DNA from: Escherichia coli
GTDB lineage: Bacteria; Pseudomonadota; Gammaproteobacteria; Enterobacterales; Enterobacteriaceae
Strand: one strand, 5' to 3'
Length of the DNA stretch: 64,000 nt
Assembly (NCBI RefSeq): GCF_044324785.1
Contig: NZ_CP172127.1
Positions within the stretch are counted from its first letter, which is position 1, and each line of letters starts with the position of its first letter. This document shows, in pieces, positions 1-9,728 of the stretch. The translations under genes were made by a program, and so were the position numbers. Below the pieces are notes generated by a model. The model had not been told where the DNA came from. It did no database searches and worked only from the letters and a program-made list of their open reading frames with translations.

Positions 1-505
1 TTTTATGGCTCATGTCCGCAGTCGTACCTTGCTGGCGTTGTTCGCCGTTTACGCTCAGGCCCAGCGTTGTATTTTGCGGATCGCCGGTGAATTCCGCCGC
101 GGGAATAAACCCGGAAAGCGGACAAGAGTTATCAAACGCTTTGGCCTTTTCCCACGGCTGCCCGGCTTTCTTCATTTTTCCCTGAACATCACGCAATGTC
201 AGATCGAGCGCCACGCCGTAACCGGCAATGGCTTTACGGACATGCTCTTCCGTAGCCTGACGCAGCGTCGCGCCAATCAATACCGCCAGTTCGACTTCAT
301 GATGAACTGAACCGAAATCGGATGGGATCGCCAATGGCTGCCGCAGATCGCACAGTGCCGTTTCTGGTTTAATAAACAGCACTGGCTCTTCGGGCACTGC
401 GCTGCCCATCTCTTTAATATGTTTGGCATAGTTACTACCAACACAGACTACTTTACTCACCGGATAATCCAGCAGCGCACCTTGCCAGTTGTGATGTTGA
501 TACAT
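1..505 (-). CDS. ycgM: Fumarylacetoacetate-hydrolase-family protein YcgM, N-terminal ~168 codons (3' end beyond window start)
   Basis: Minus-strand ATG at 503-505 reads MYQHHNWQGALLDYPVSKVVCVGSNYAKH... and runs off the window edge; recognised from memory as E. coli YcgM. Confidence 0.85.
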   Translation of the reverse strand, partial: MYQHHNWQGALLDYPVSKVVCVGSNYAKHIKEMGSAVPEEPVLFIKPETALCDLRQPLAIPSDFGSVHHEVELAVLIGATLRQATEEHVRKAIAGYGVALDLTLRDVQGKMKKAGQPWEKAKAFDNSCPLSGFIPAAEFTGDPQNTTLGLSVNGEQRQQGTTADMSHK

Positions 506-576
506 AACGTTCCCCTCACCTTATCGTGGATATGAAAACCCGCGCCGACAAAGATAATGCCACCGCCGGATATCGG

Positions 577-903
577 TTATTTGTTCGTGTCGTCTGTTTT
601 CTGCCCCATGACGGAAAGATGTTGCTTCAGCAAATCTTCGGGTGGTGGCGGTAACTGCAAATAGTAACCTTGCTCGGTTAATGCCTGTTTAACCTTTTCA
701 ATATCGGCATTGACCAGTTTCTTCCGCCCATCCAGCGGCAGAATCATCGCTAACTGAGGCTGACCAAAACCTTTCATCAGTTCCTCAGGTACACGCGAAA
801 AATCGTCTTTTTTTTCGACATATAAATAGGTCTGGTCACGCTTGCTGCTTCGATAAATCACACAAAACATACTTTTACTCTTTAAGATGCCAGGTTTTGG
901 CAT
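577..903 (-). CDS. ycgL: Conserved protein YcgL, 108 aa
   Basis: ORF track 108 aa; length and synteny next to ycgM match E. coli ycgL. Confidence 0.85.
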   Translation of the reverse strand: MPKPGILKSKSMFCVIYRSSKRDQTYLYVEKKDDFSRVPEELMKGFGQPQLAMILPLDGRKKLVNADIEKVKQALTEQGYYLQLPPPPEDLLKQHLSVMGQKTDDTNK

Positions 904-1111
904 AAGCTAACATCAATGAAACCCGCGCCACAAGCCAGCCAGCTGTAGATTTCTGCGGTTTGTTCAGTCCATACGCCCTTTATAAGTGTTCCCCCCGGCA
1001 AAAATGCCGCGCCGGGATTTAACCGAACGCAGGAAAGCCACTGGAATTCTCCTGTGATGAATTGTTATATTATAACAGTTCATCGTCCTCATTCTGAACA
1101 GGAGACTACCT

Positions 1112-1513
1112 ATGAAAATCAAGAGCATCAGTAAGGCTGTATTATTGCTTGCACTGCTAACCTCCACGAGCTTTGCTGCGGGTAAGAATGTCAATGTTGA
1201 GTTCAGAAAAGGCCATAGCAGCGCTCAGTACTCCGGCGAAATAAAGGGATACGATTACGATACATATACCTTCTATGCCAAAAAAGGTCAGAAAGTGCAT
1301 GTGAGTATCTCTAATGAAGGCGCTGATACTTACCTCTTCGGGCCAGGAATCGATGATTCTGTTGATTTATCCAGATATTCCCCAGAACTCGATAGTCACG
1401 GACAATACTCACTCCCTGCTTCTGGCAAATATGAGCTGCGAGTGCTGCAAACCCGAAACGACGCCCGTAAAAACAAAACTAAAAAATATAACGTCGATAT
1501 TCAAATTAAGTAA
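1112..1513 (+). CDS. pliG: Periplasmic inhibitor of g-type lysozyme PliG (YcgK), 133 aa with N-terminal signal peptide
   Basis: ORF track 133 aa; hydrophobic signal sequence [22 protein letters not shown]; position between ycgL and ycgJ. Confidence 0.8.
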
Positions 1514-1615
1514 ATGTCAACCGACGGGGACTCTCCCCGTCATAAACGTTAATGCCCCACTCCTCTCTGTCGCTCAAGAGGTTAATGACGAATAGAACAT
1601 AATGTAAACAAGACA

Positions 1616-1984
1616 TCACTCACGACACATAAATAACATCTTTGTGGTGGTTTGATTGATTTTTCCACTCCGCTTACCATCCACACCAAAATAACGATCA
1701 TCACGACATAATTTTTCTTTAACATCGCAAAATACACCGTTAGCGAATGTAAATTCGCTGGGATCGTAGCCTTGTAATGATTGTAAGTTTTCAGCGGCTT
1801 TTTCGCCGAGATATTTCCTTGTTAACTCTGGGGAAATGCCATCTGAGTTAACACAAATATACGGGTCGCAAACAACGCCGCACGCCGGAGATTGAAGTCC
1901 GCCAGCGTCATTTCCAGACGCCATTGATGAGAACATCATCCCCACACCTGACAATCCGATATAAAAAATACGCATCATATTCAT
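1616..1984 (-). CDS. ycgJ: Uncharacterised protein YcgJ, 122 aa, cysteine-rich with N-terminal hydrophobic segment
   Basis: ORF track 122 aa; divergent from minC as in E. coli. Confidence 0.8.
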   Translation of the reverse strand: MNMMRIFYIGLSGVGMMFSSMASGNDAGGLQSPACGVVCDPYICVNSDGISPELTRKYLGEKAAENLQSLQGYDPSEFTFANGVFCDVKEKLCRDDRYFGVDGKRSGKINQTTTKMLFMCRE

Positions 1985-2503
1985 AGCACATCCTGATAAT
2001 CCAACCGTACAACACTTATGCTCATTTCATCATCAATCCGTAATCAAAACCGCTGACCTGGACGAGTTACGATGACCTGACAGAAGTATCAGACGTCTTC
2101 TGCGGTTTCTATGATAGAGCAATTCTGTGGCGGATATTAAGATAACGGGTATCTGTTCTTTAATGATGCCGCAAAAAATGGAAAGTTAAGAAAGCCTGGC
2201 GTGGTGAAAAAATACACTTGCCTCAATACTGGATATTTAAACAGGTCTGAAGATGCTGTCACGATTAGGGTGCGGAAAAAGGAAGCGTAAATAAGAACAA
2301 TCAAAAGTACGACGGCAATGGGTTGATTGACAAGGGTATTTTTTAAGCTATGAATCAGCGCCATTTATCACAGAATAGACTTTTACTCTGAATAAATGGG
2401 AGGGTGACTTGCCTCAATATAATCCAGACTATAACATGCCTTATAGTCTTCGGAACATCATCGCGCGCTGGCGATGATTAATAGCTAATTGAGTAAGGCC
2501 AGG

Positions 2504-3199
2504 ATGTCAAACACGCCAATCGAGCTTAAAGGCAGTAGCTTCACTTTATCTGTGGTTCATCTGCATGAGGCAGAACCTAAGGTTATCCATCAGGCGCTGG
2601 AAGACAAAATCGCTCAGGCCCCCGCATTTTTAAAACATGCCCCCGTTGTACTCAACGTCAGTGCACTGGAAGACCCGGTAAACTGGTCAGCGATGCATAA
2701 GGCGGTTTCGGCAACCGGTTTGCGGGTTATTGGCGTAAGTGGCTGCAAAGATGCGCAACTTAAAGCCGAAATTGAAAAAATGGGGCTGCCTATCCTGACG
2801 GAAGGAAAGGAAAAAGCGCCGCGTCCAGCTCCCGCACCGCAGGCTCCAGCGCAAAATACAACGCCGGTCACAAAAACGCGTTTAATAGATACCCCGGTGC
2901 GTTCCGGTCAGCGTATTTATGCTCCACAATGTGATCTGATTGTTACAAGCCACGTTAGCGCTGGGGCCGAATTGATTGCCGATGGTAACATTCATGTCTA
3001 TGGCATGATGCGCGGTCGTGCGCTGGCAGGGGCAAGTGGTGATCGGGAAACGCAAATATTTTGTACGAACCTGATGGCGGAACTGGTGTCCATCGCAGGT
3101 GAATACTGGCTGAGTGATCAAATCCCAGCAGAATTTTATGGCAAAGCGGCGCGACTGCAGTTAGTCGAAAACGCTTTGACCGTTCAACCGTTAAATTGA
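2504..3199 (+). CDS. minC: Septum site-determining protein MinC
   Basis: Track ORF starts at TTG 2489; ATG at 2504 gives [14 protein letters not shown]..., the known 231-aa MinC. Confidence 0.97.
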   Translation: MSNTPIELKGSSFTLSVVHLHEAEPKVIHQALEDKIAQAPAFLKHAPVVLNVSALEDPVNWSAMHKAVSATGLRVIGVSGCKDAQLKAEIEKMGLPILTEGKEKAPRPAPAPQAPAQNTTPVTKTRLIDTPVRSGQRIYAPQCDLIVTSHVSAGAELIADGNIHVYGMMRGRALAGASGDRETQIFCTNLMAELVSIAGEYWLSDQIPAEFYGKAARLQLVENALTVQPLN

Positions 3200-3222
3200 T
3201 CCCTTTTTAACAAGGAATTTCT

Positions 3223-4035
3223 ATGGCACGCATTATTGTTGTTACTTCGGGCAAAGGGGGTGTTGGTAAGACAACCTCCAGCGCGGCCATCGCCACTGGT
3301 TTGGCCCAGAAGGGAAAGAAAACTGTCGTGATAGATTTTGATATCGGCCTGCGTAATCTCGACCTGATTATGGGTTGTGAACGTCGGGTCGTTTACGATT
3401 TCGTCAACGTCATTCAGGGCGATGCAACGCTAAATCAGGCGTTAATTAAAGATAAGCGTACTGAAAATCTCTATATTCTTCCGGCATCGCAAACTCGCGA
3501 TAAAGATGCCCTCACCCGTGAAGGGGTCGCCAAAGTTCTTGATGATCTGAAAGCGATGGACTTTGAATTTATTGTTTGCGACTCCCCGGCAGGGATTGAG
3601 ACCGGTGCGCTAATGGCACTCTATTTTGCAGACGAAGCCATTATTACCACCAACCCGGAAGTCTCCTCAGTACGCGACTCTGACCGTATTTTAGGCATTC
3701 TGGCGTCGAAATCACGCCGCGCAGAAAATGGCGAAGAGCCTATTAAAGAGCACCTGCTGTTAACGCGCTATAACCCAGGCCGCGTAAGCAGAGGTGACAT
3801 GCTGAGCATGGAAGATGTGCTGGAGATCCTGCGCATCAAACTCGTCGGTGTGATCCCTGAGGATCAATCAGTATTGCGCGCCTCTAACCAGGGTGAACCG
3901 GTCATTCTCGACATTAACGCCGATGCGGGTAAAGCCTACGCAGATACCGTAGAACGTCTGTTGGGAGAAGAACGTCCTTTCCGCTTCATTGAAGAAGAGA
4001 AGAAAGGCTTCCTCAAACGCTTGTTCGGAGGATAA
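3223..4035 (+). CDS. minD: Septum site-determining ATPase MinD
   Basis: 270 aa; deviant Walker A GKGGVGKT near N-terminus. Confidence 0.98.
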   Translation: MARIIVVTSGKGGVGKTTSSAAIATGLAQKGKKTVVIDFDIGLRNLDLIMGCERRVVYDFVNVIQGDATLNQALIKDKRTENLYILPASQTRDKDALTREGVAKVLDDLKAMDFEFIVCDSPAGIETGALMALYFADEAIITTNPEVSSVRDSDRILGILASKSRRAENGEEPIKEHLLLTRYNPGRVSRGDMLSMEDVLEILRIKLVGVIPEDQSVLRASNQGEPVILDINADAGKAYADTVERLLGEERPFRFIEEEKKGFLKRLFGG

Positions 4036-4038
4036 GTT

Positions 4039-4305
4039 ATGGCATTACTCGATTTCTTTCTCTCGCGGAAGAAAAACACGGCCAACATTGCAAAAGAACG
4101 GCTGCAGATTATTGTTGCTGAACGCCGTCGCAGCGATGCAGAACCGCACTATCTGCCGCAGTTGCGTAAAGATATTCTTGAGGTCATTTGTAAATACGTA
4201 CAAATTGATCCTGAGATGGTAACCGTACAGCTTGAGCAAAAAGATGGCGATATTTCTATTCTTGAGCTGAACGTGACCTTACCGGAAGCAGAAGAGCTGA
4301 AATAA
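4039..4305 (+). CDS. minE: Cell division topological specificity factor MinE
   Basis: 88 aa, [28 protein letters not shown]...; 3 nt after minD stop. Confidence 0.98.
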
Positions 4306-4332
4306 GCCCGCTGTAAAAGCGCATTTATCTTC

Positions 4333-4362
4333 AAGGCAGAGTCATCTCTGCCTTGAGTTTTT
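4333..4362 (+). terminator. Rho-independent terminator of the minCDE operon
   Basis: aaggcagag / ctctgcctt 9-bp stem with tcat loop, followed by gagttttt. Confidence 0.8.
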
Positions 4363-4574
4363 CATCCCCCTCATCCACGTTTGATAAGAGCGGCGAGTAT
4401 TCTTGCTGATGCTACTCATTGCTTCCCCCCCTTTACACCTTAATGCCGTTCCCCCCACACAGAACAAAATGTTTATACCTGGCTGAGTAAATAACCTTAT
4501 TGTTAGTATGGGTATGCTGGGAGATGATAACCCCGCAATTTCATTATTCATTGTTCTCCCATAGGATGAGGTTT

Positions 4575-4600
4575 CCCGCCGTAACTGGCGGGCTTTTTTT
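4575..4600 (+). terminator. Orphan intrinsic-terminator-like hairpin
   Basis: cccgcc-gtaact-ggcggg followed by ctttttttg; no annotated gene ends here. Confidence 0.5.
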
Positions 4601-4670
4601 GCCGCAGAATTTTCCCTTTTAACACCCTGTAAACGAAAACTGCGCCGAAGCGCAGTTTAATCGTTGATAG

Positions 4671-5114
4671 TCAGAACGACCAGTTCGCACCAGCCACCGC
4701 GTTCCACGGGGATTCCACACCGGCACCATGGCTATACCCCACCCCGAGATGCCCGCTTAACGAACTGCTGAATGAGGCTTTAATACCTGCCTGATATATT
4801 CCACGTCTGCCCGACAAATCATTGACAAAATTACCGTCATTATTCACTTTCACCCGGTTATCATCGACAAATTCTTTGCGCACAGCCATTTTCAGCCACG
4901 GCTCAACTTCCATGCCGTTCCCCAGACGCATGTTGTAACTCAGCGTTGCACCCAGTTCACGATATATACTGCGGGTATCGACTGATTTCGATTCCATGCC
5001 ATTGGATAAATGATAGTAGCGTCTAAGTGACCTTAGCTCTGCTGCAACATCATCCCGCAGGCACCAGACCAGGGGATTGATCCTGAAGAGGCAGCGCAAG
5101 TGTATTGTGTTCAC
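4671..5114 (-). pseudogene. ycgI: Autotransporter beta-barrel C-terminal remnant (ycgI-like)
   Basis: C-terminal ~90 aa (...GIKASFSSSLSGHLGVGYSHGAGVESPWNAVAGANWSF) resemble the end of an autotransporter translocator, terminal F; N-terminal part of the ORF is not protein-like and has no signal peptide or passenger. Confidence 0.65.
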
Positions 5115-5416
5115 CGCTCATCAAAGACATCATGATGAAATAATGATATCCCGCATAAGAAAGAGGCATTTTTTAAACGCAGTGCGCTGAAATGTAGTTG
5201 GATAAAAAAATCACTCTTTTCTGATAATACTGTTGTACGCTTATTTTTCGACAATGAGGCCGTCGACAAAATAAAATGACTAATGTAATCGTTGCTGATG
5301 AATATCTTCTGCTCACATAAAAATCACACAATAATATTGATAAATCAGATTATCTTACCTTTACAACATTGTATTAACAGTCAATGACACTTCTTGAATA
5401 AAAATATTGTCAATCA

Positions 5417-5590
5417 ATGAGTTATTTCTCATTTGAGATTATTCTTATTCCCGTAAAAAACATAATTCCTATCATCACAGTCACGCTCATTTTGAATTAT
5501 CTGAATAATAGCGAGCGTTCTTTAGTTAAGCAGATCTTAATTGAAGACGAAATTATTGTGTGTGCAACTTACTTAATACCGGACATCTAA
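5417..5590 (+). CDS. Candidate small hydrophobic protein, 57 aa (possibly ymgI)
   Basis: ATG 5417 to TAA 5588-5590 gives [57 protein letters not shown]; below the ORF-track size cutoff; the gene name is a guess from length and position. Confidence 0.4.
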   Translation: MSYFSFEIILIPVKNIIPIITVTLILNYLNNSERSLVKQILIEDEIIVCATYLIPDI

Positions 5591-5591
5591 G

Positions 5592-5936
5592 TTGAAGAAA
5601 AAAATACTTGCCTTCGGGCTTATCTCAGCATTGTTCTGCTCCACGCCAGCGATGGCGGATATGAATCGCACCACGAAAGGTGCATTGCTAGGCGCAGGCG
5701 TTGGTTTACTTACTGGCAATGGTGTTAATGGCGTACTGAAAGGTGCAGCTGTTGGCGCTGGTGTTGGTGCAGTAACAGAAAAAGGCCGCGACGGTAAAAA
5801 TGCGCGTAAAGGTGCAAAAGTGGGTGCCGCCGTTGGTGCTGTCACTGGCGTTCTGACCGGCAATGGCCTCGAAGGGGCGATTAAAGGTGCCGTGATTGGC
5901 GGTACGGGTGGTGCAATTCTGGGTAAAATGAAATAA
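5592..5936 (+). CDS. ymgG: Glycine-zipper protein YmgG, 114 aa, apparent TTG start
   Basis: [22 protein letters not shown] signal then G/A-rich repeats ([11 protein letters not shown]...). Confidence 0.8.
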
Positions 5937-5945
5937 GGAATGATG

Positions 5946-6275
5946 ATGAAAAAATTTGCTTTACTGGCGGGTCTGTTTGTTTTCGCACCAATGACCTGGG
6001 CGCAGGACTACAATATTAAAAACGGTTTGCCGTCAGAAACCTATATTACTTGCGCAGAAGCCAACGAAATGGCAAAAACTGACAGCGCACAGGTTGCAGA
6101 AATTGTTGCGGTAATGGGTAATGCCAGCGTTGCCAGCCGTGATTTAAAAATTGAGCAATCTCCGGAACTGAGCGCCAAAGTGGTAGAAAAACTGAATCAG
6201 GTTTGCGCTAAAGACCCGCAAATGCTGTTGATCACGGCAATTGATGACACCATGCGTGCTATCGGCAAAAAATAA
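5946..6275 (+). CDS. ymgD: Periplasmic protein YmgD, ~109 aa
   Basis: Track ORF 111 aa starting MMMKKF; third ATG matches the expected 109-aa length; signal peptide present. Confidence 0.8.
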   Translation: MKKFALLAGLFVFAPMTWAQDYNIKNGLPSETYITCAEANEMAKTDSAQVAEIVAVMGNASVASRDLKIEQSPELSAKVVEKLNQVCAKDPQMLLITAIDDTMRAIGKK

Positions 6276-6288
6276 TATTTAATATGTT

Positions 6289-6319
6289 ACCGCGTCGATG
6301 AATTCGACGCGGTATTTTA
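6289..6319. terminator. Hairpin between convergent ymgD and ycgH, candidate bidirectional terminator
   Basis: accgcgtcg / cgacgcggt 9-bp stem flanked by A/T-rich runs on both sides. Confidence 0.6.
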
Positions 6320-6330
6320 GCTAACGGGGA

Positions 6331-8979
6331 TCAGAACTTATATTTCAGGCCCACCATCACTGCGGTGTCATTGTAGCCATTATCACCCAGCTGCACGCCC
6401 ACATTACCCCAGACGCTGGCCGCCGGATTCAGATTGCCATTTACGCCAAGTTTAATTTCCCCCAGATTACGCGCCCCGTCTTGTTCAACTTTCACACCGT
6501 TCATTGAGACAGCAAAATCTTTACTGTTATGGATCCAGTTCATTTCAACAAAAGGTTCAAAGTCGTCACCGTGCGGACCGCTGTTTTTCTCCTGAGTACG
6601 AATAAAGGTGCGGAAGCCGAGTCGGGTCTGGATGTTGTTATTTGCGTCACTCTCAATACGTGAGCCATTGGCTTCCGTGTGCGCATTATGATCGACGCCC
6701 ATCCAGATAGCCTGTGCCTGTGGCTGGAAGATCCACGTATATTTCGCCGCTTCCAGACCAAAGGATTTATTCAGGGCAAAACCGTAACCCGCTTCCAGCG
6801 AGACGGTTGCACCTTTCGCGCTATAGGATTCATAGGCTAATTCATCTCCTTTCACCGAGTTTTTAAACCAGCTATATTGCGCCCAGGCGTCAATGTATGC
6901 GCCTTTTTTACTGATGTCATCGGCAAACCAGGTGGCATACAGCCCTGCGCTATAGCCTCTGACACTCCCTTTCGAACGATAATCCGACAAGCTGGAATGA
7001 GTTGAGTTGTAGTCGCGGGCATAACCAGCCATCACTCCCAAACGCCAACTGTCACTGTCGGTAAAACCACCGGTTAACAGATCCGCCCCTAACTGCGAGA
7101 CGTAGCGATGCGAGGTCGTTCTCAACTGTCCGTTGCTGTCACGCCAGGCATTATGCCCGCCAATTTGACGTAGCCAAAGTCGGCTTGAACGCTCCTGTTC
7201 AGTTACAGGATCGATGTAGCGCGTTTCACCTGCACGATCGTTCAGACGCATAACAAAAAGAGTGTTAGCGGCTGCCAGGTTGGCGACGTAACTTCCAGCT
7301 TCGGGGCGCAGAACGGGGGTAGGCGCAACAGTAGGCGCTGAACTTCCTCCGGAGTTTGTTTCACCGCCGCTCGTTGCCTGGAAGTTAGTCAGATACCAGT
7401 TTTTATTGGTCGCTTCGGTATTACCTCGGGTTAATGAATATTCGTAGGCACCGGCGAAAATCCTCGAATCCTTAATAAATTCCCCATTTGATTCCCCCTC
7501 AACGCTGATAATCTCTATCCCATTTAACGTGTAAGCCCCGCTGCCCCCAGCATTGGTAACTTTTACTCGGGTTGTTCCGGAGGTATTTCCATTAATAACA
7601 ACTTTATCAGTAGCTGAATTATCATCACCCAATTCAGTTCTGAGATGCAATACGCCATTATTACCAACGTAATTTTCAGTTATTGTTAACCTTGTTGGTT
7701 CGAAATCCTTTCCATCTGCCCGGGAAATATAGACCGTACTATTGTCAACCGTGAGCTTGCTCACCGTTGAGTCAGTTTTAATATCCCAGGTACTATTATC
7801 TGAAAGCGACAGATAGGTATGAGTGCTATCATCTGTTGAAAGATTGGCTGAACCCGTTATTTTTGAATTAGATGCATCGATGGCCAAATGACCTTTAATA
7901 TTATTAATAAAAACATCTGCAGCCGATGATACCTCACTATCCGTAATGGTCACGTTACTCGTCTCATTTTTATTGTATAGGATTTCATTTGCTGACCGTA
8001 GTGAGCTACCAGATAAAATATCTACCGTTGCTTCCTGACCATTTATGGAAGACTCCAGCACAACTCCAGCCCCCTGATGCGCGACTGCAAATGTATTTTT
8101 CAGCGTCACCGTGCCGCCATTATAAATTTTAGCAATCGCGGCGTCAGGACCCGTTGTATAAATTTCTCCCTGGTTAAATGAAACTGTCCCCTGGCGAGCA
8201 GCGATGGCATGAGCATTGTCCCCATGCGTGGTAATATCAACATCGGTTAATGTAACGCTGGCATTGGTATAATCAAGCTTGCTACCAGCCTTGACGACAG
8301 TGCCATTAGCGTAAGCGGCATAACTTTCTGTTCCGTGGGTTGTTATCTCCCCTTTTGCCATATCCAGTTTTGCTTTGGCGTTATTTTCATTACTTCCTGT
8401 ATCGGCAGTACTTTCTTCATCAAGAGAAGATACACACGCACGCGCGCTTCCGGGAGATGCACAAGCAAGAACGCCGACTGCGTGATTACCCGCAGTAACA
8501 ATAAAAGTATTACCTTCGTCAGATAAATGGGGGTTAACCGAACCGTCAGTGTTGACTCTTATTATGGTATCAGTATTCAGGTTTCCATTCGTTTGACTTA
8601 GCAAACCAATTGAGTAATCCCCCGTTGTGACAATCGTATTATTACCCTGCAAAATAACTGCACCGCCATATTCACTTACGACTGCGCTAGCTGTATATAC
8701 TGTGCTTAGAGGACTATTGCCAGAAGGATATAAACCACCCGTTGTTACAATGACGCCTTTGTTAATGGTTAAATTGCTACCCTCTCCTGCAACAGATACC
8801 CCGTAACTTCCATTACCCGTTGTTATAACTAGCGCATTATCAATATCTTTTACTTCTCCATCTTTTATTGCCACAGCATGTTTATATTCATCGTGCTGAA
8901 TAAACTGTTCAGCATATGCATTACCCACCGCCAAAGCAATAAGTCCTAAACTAAACCCGGGGAGTTTTTTCAGTTTCAT
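6331..8979 (-). CDS. ycgH: Autotransporter (type Va) adhesin-like protein, intact 882 aa (ycgH)
   Basis: Signal peptide MKLKKLPGFSLGLIALAVGNAYA, long G/T/S/N-rich passenger, C-terminal barrel ending ...VMVGLKYKF; position between ymgD and ymgF. Confidence 0.85.
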   Translation of the reverse strand: MKLKKLPGFSLGLIALAVGNAYAEQFIQHDEYKHAVAIKDGEVKDIDNALVITTGNGSYGVSVAGEGSNLTINKGVIVTTGGLYPSGNSPLSTVYTASAVVSEYGGAVILQGNNTIVTTGDYSIGLLSQTNGNLNTDTIIRVNTDGSVNPHLSDEGNTFIVTAGNHAVGVLACASPGSARACVSSLDEESTADTGSNENNAKAKLDMAKGEITTHGTESYAAYANGTVVKAGSKLDYTNASVTLTDVDITTHGDNAHAIAARQGTVSFNQGEIYTTGPDAAIAKIYNGGTVTLKNTFAVAHQGAGVVLESSINGQEATVDILSGSSLRSANEILYNKNETSNVTITDSEVSSAADVFINNIKGHLAIDASNSKITGSANLSTDDSTHTYLSLSDNSTWDIKTDSTVSKLTVDNSTVYISRADGKDFEPTRLTITENYVGNNGVLHLRTELGDDNSATDKVVINGNTSGTTRVKVTNAGGSGAYTLNGIEIISVEGESNGEFIKDSRIFAGAYEYSLTRGNTEATNKNWYLTNFQATSGGETNSGGSSAPTVAPTPVLRPEAGSYVANLAAANTLFVMRLNDRAGETRYIDPVTEQERSSRLWLRQIGGHNAWRDSNGQLRTTSHRYVSQLGADLLTGGFTDSDSWRLGVMAGYARDYNSTHSSLSDYRSKGSVRGYSAGLYATWFADDISKKGAYIDAWAQYSWFKNSVKGDELAYESYSAKGATVSLEAGYGFALNKSFGLEAAKYTWIFQPQAQAIWMGVDHNAHTEANGSRIESDANNNIQTRLGFRTFIRTQEKNSGPHGDDFEPFVEMNWIHNSKDFAVSMNGVKVEQDGARNLGEIKLGVNGNLNPAASVWGNVGVQLGDNGYNDTAVMVGLKYKF

Positions 8980-9378
8980 AGATTAACCATCCATTCATTG
9001 GATTAACAAACATTCCTGGTCAAATAACCTATGAGTTCAGATTACCAAAACGGAGGGTAAAGACAAAAACAAAAGCACAAAAAATTTAAATAGATAAACA
9101 GCGACAATATATAAATGATAAATAAGTCGGCATTATCATTTTTCACCTTATTTTCATGACATTGATCACTTTGAGGTGACGATTTTGTTTAACAAATAAC
9201 TCTTCGACATCAAAACTATTAATAGTTGCCATAGAAATTATTTCAATGATATATAAAAACAACTGTGATAACACCAGGGTTGACAACTATTTGCGCAATA
9301 ATTCCTTTCCTTCAATGATCCAGGCATTCACTGCCAGCAACCCATTCAGCCGCATACTGACAGTGAGAAACTGAAAGA

Positions 9379-9597
9379 TTAGTGCTGATCCCTGTGGCTG
9401 ACGAGTCTTTCCCTTAATCGATTAACCAGATTGATCGCCAGCCAAACAAGGGCATTAAGCAAATTTATCGTCACAAGCACTTCTCCCAGCCCGGTACTGG
9501 GTTTTGCAATAAGGATGACCAGGAGAGTGATCAGCATAAATGCAATGGAAAAGATGATATAGAGAGTGAAATAATCCAGATTATTACTATTGTTCAT
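9379..9597 (-). CDS. ymgF: Small inner-membrane division-associated protein YmgF, ~72 aa
   Basis: Track ORF 84 aa; internal Met (MNNSNNLDYFTLYIIFSIAFML...) gives the expected 72 aa; two hydrophobic helices. Confidence 0.65.
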   Translation of the reverse strand: MNNSNNLDYFTLYIIFSIAFMLITLLVILIAKPSTGLGEVLVTINLLNALVWLAINLVNRLRERLVSHRDQH

Positions 9598-9728
9598 GCT
9601 ACTAATGGCAATCCTGTCAAAACTTTCAAACAATTATAGCAAACAAAATAATGAACAATAGTAACAAGAGGCAACGAGCTAATTAGCTGTCTATAATTAC
9701 ACCGCACCATGGCCTTGCTGATCAATTT

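Noticed and set aside
2489-2503. N-terminal extensions of track ORFs (minC from TTG 2489, and similar extensions for bluF, mnmA, hflD, roxA, pepT, lolD, lolC, mfd, comR, ycfJ, ndh, ycfP, hinT, ycfH, holB, nagK, ymfA)
   Set aside because: The longest-ORF starts exceed the known protein lengths; internal starts reproduce the expected N-termini and lengths, and several extensions overlap the upstream gene.
4342-4551. 69-aa ORF on the minus strand between minE and the ycgI remnant
   Set aside because: No ribosome-binding site, basic low-complexity C-terminus, and it spans the minE terminator; more likely non-coding.
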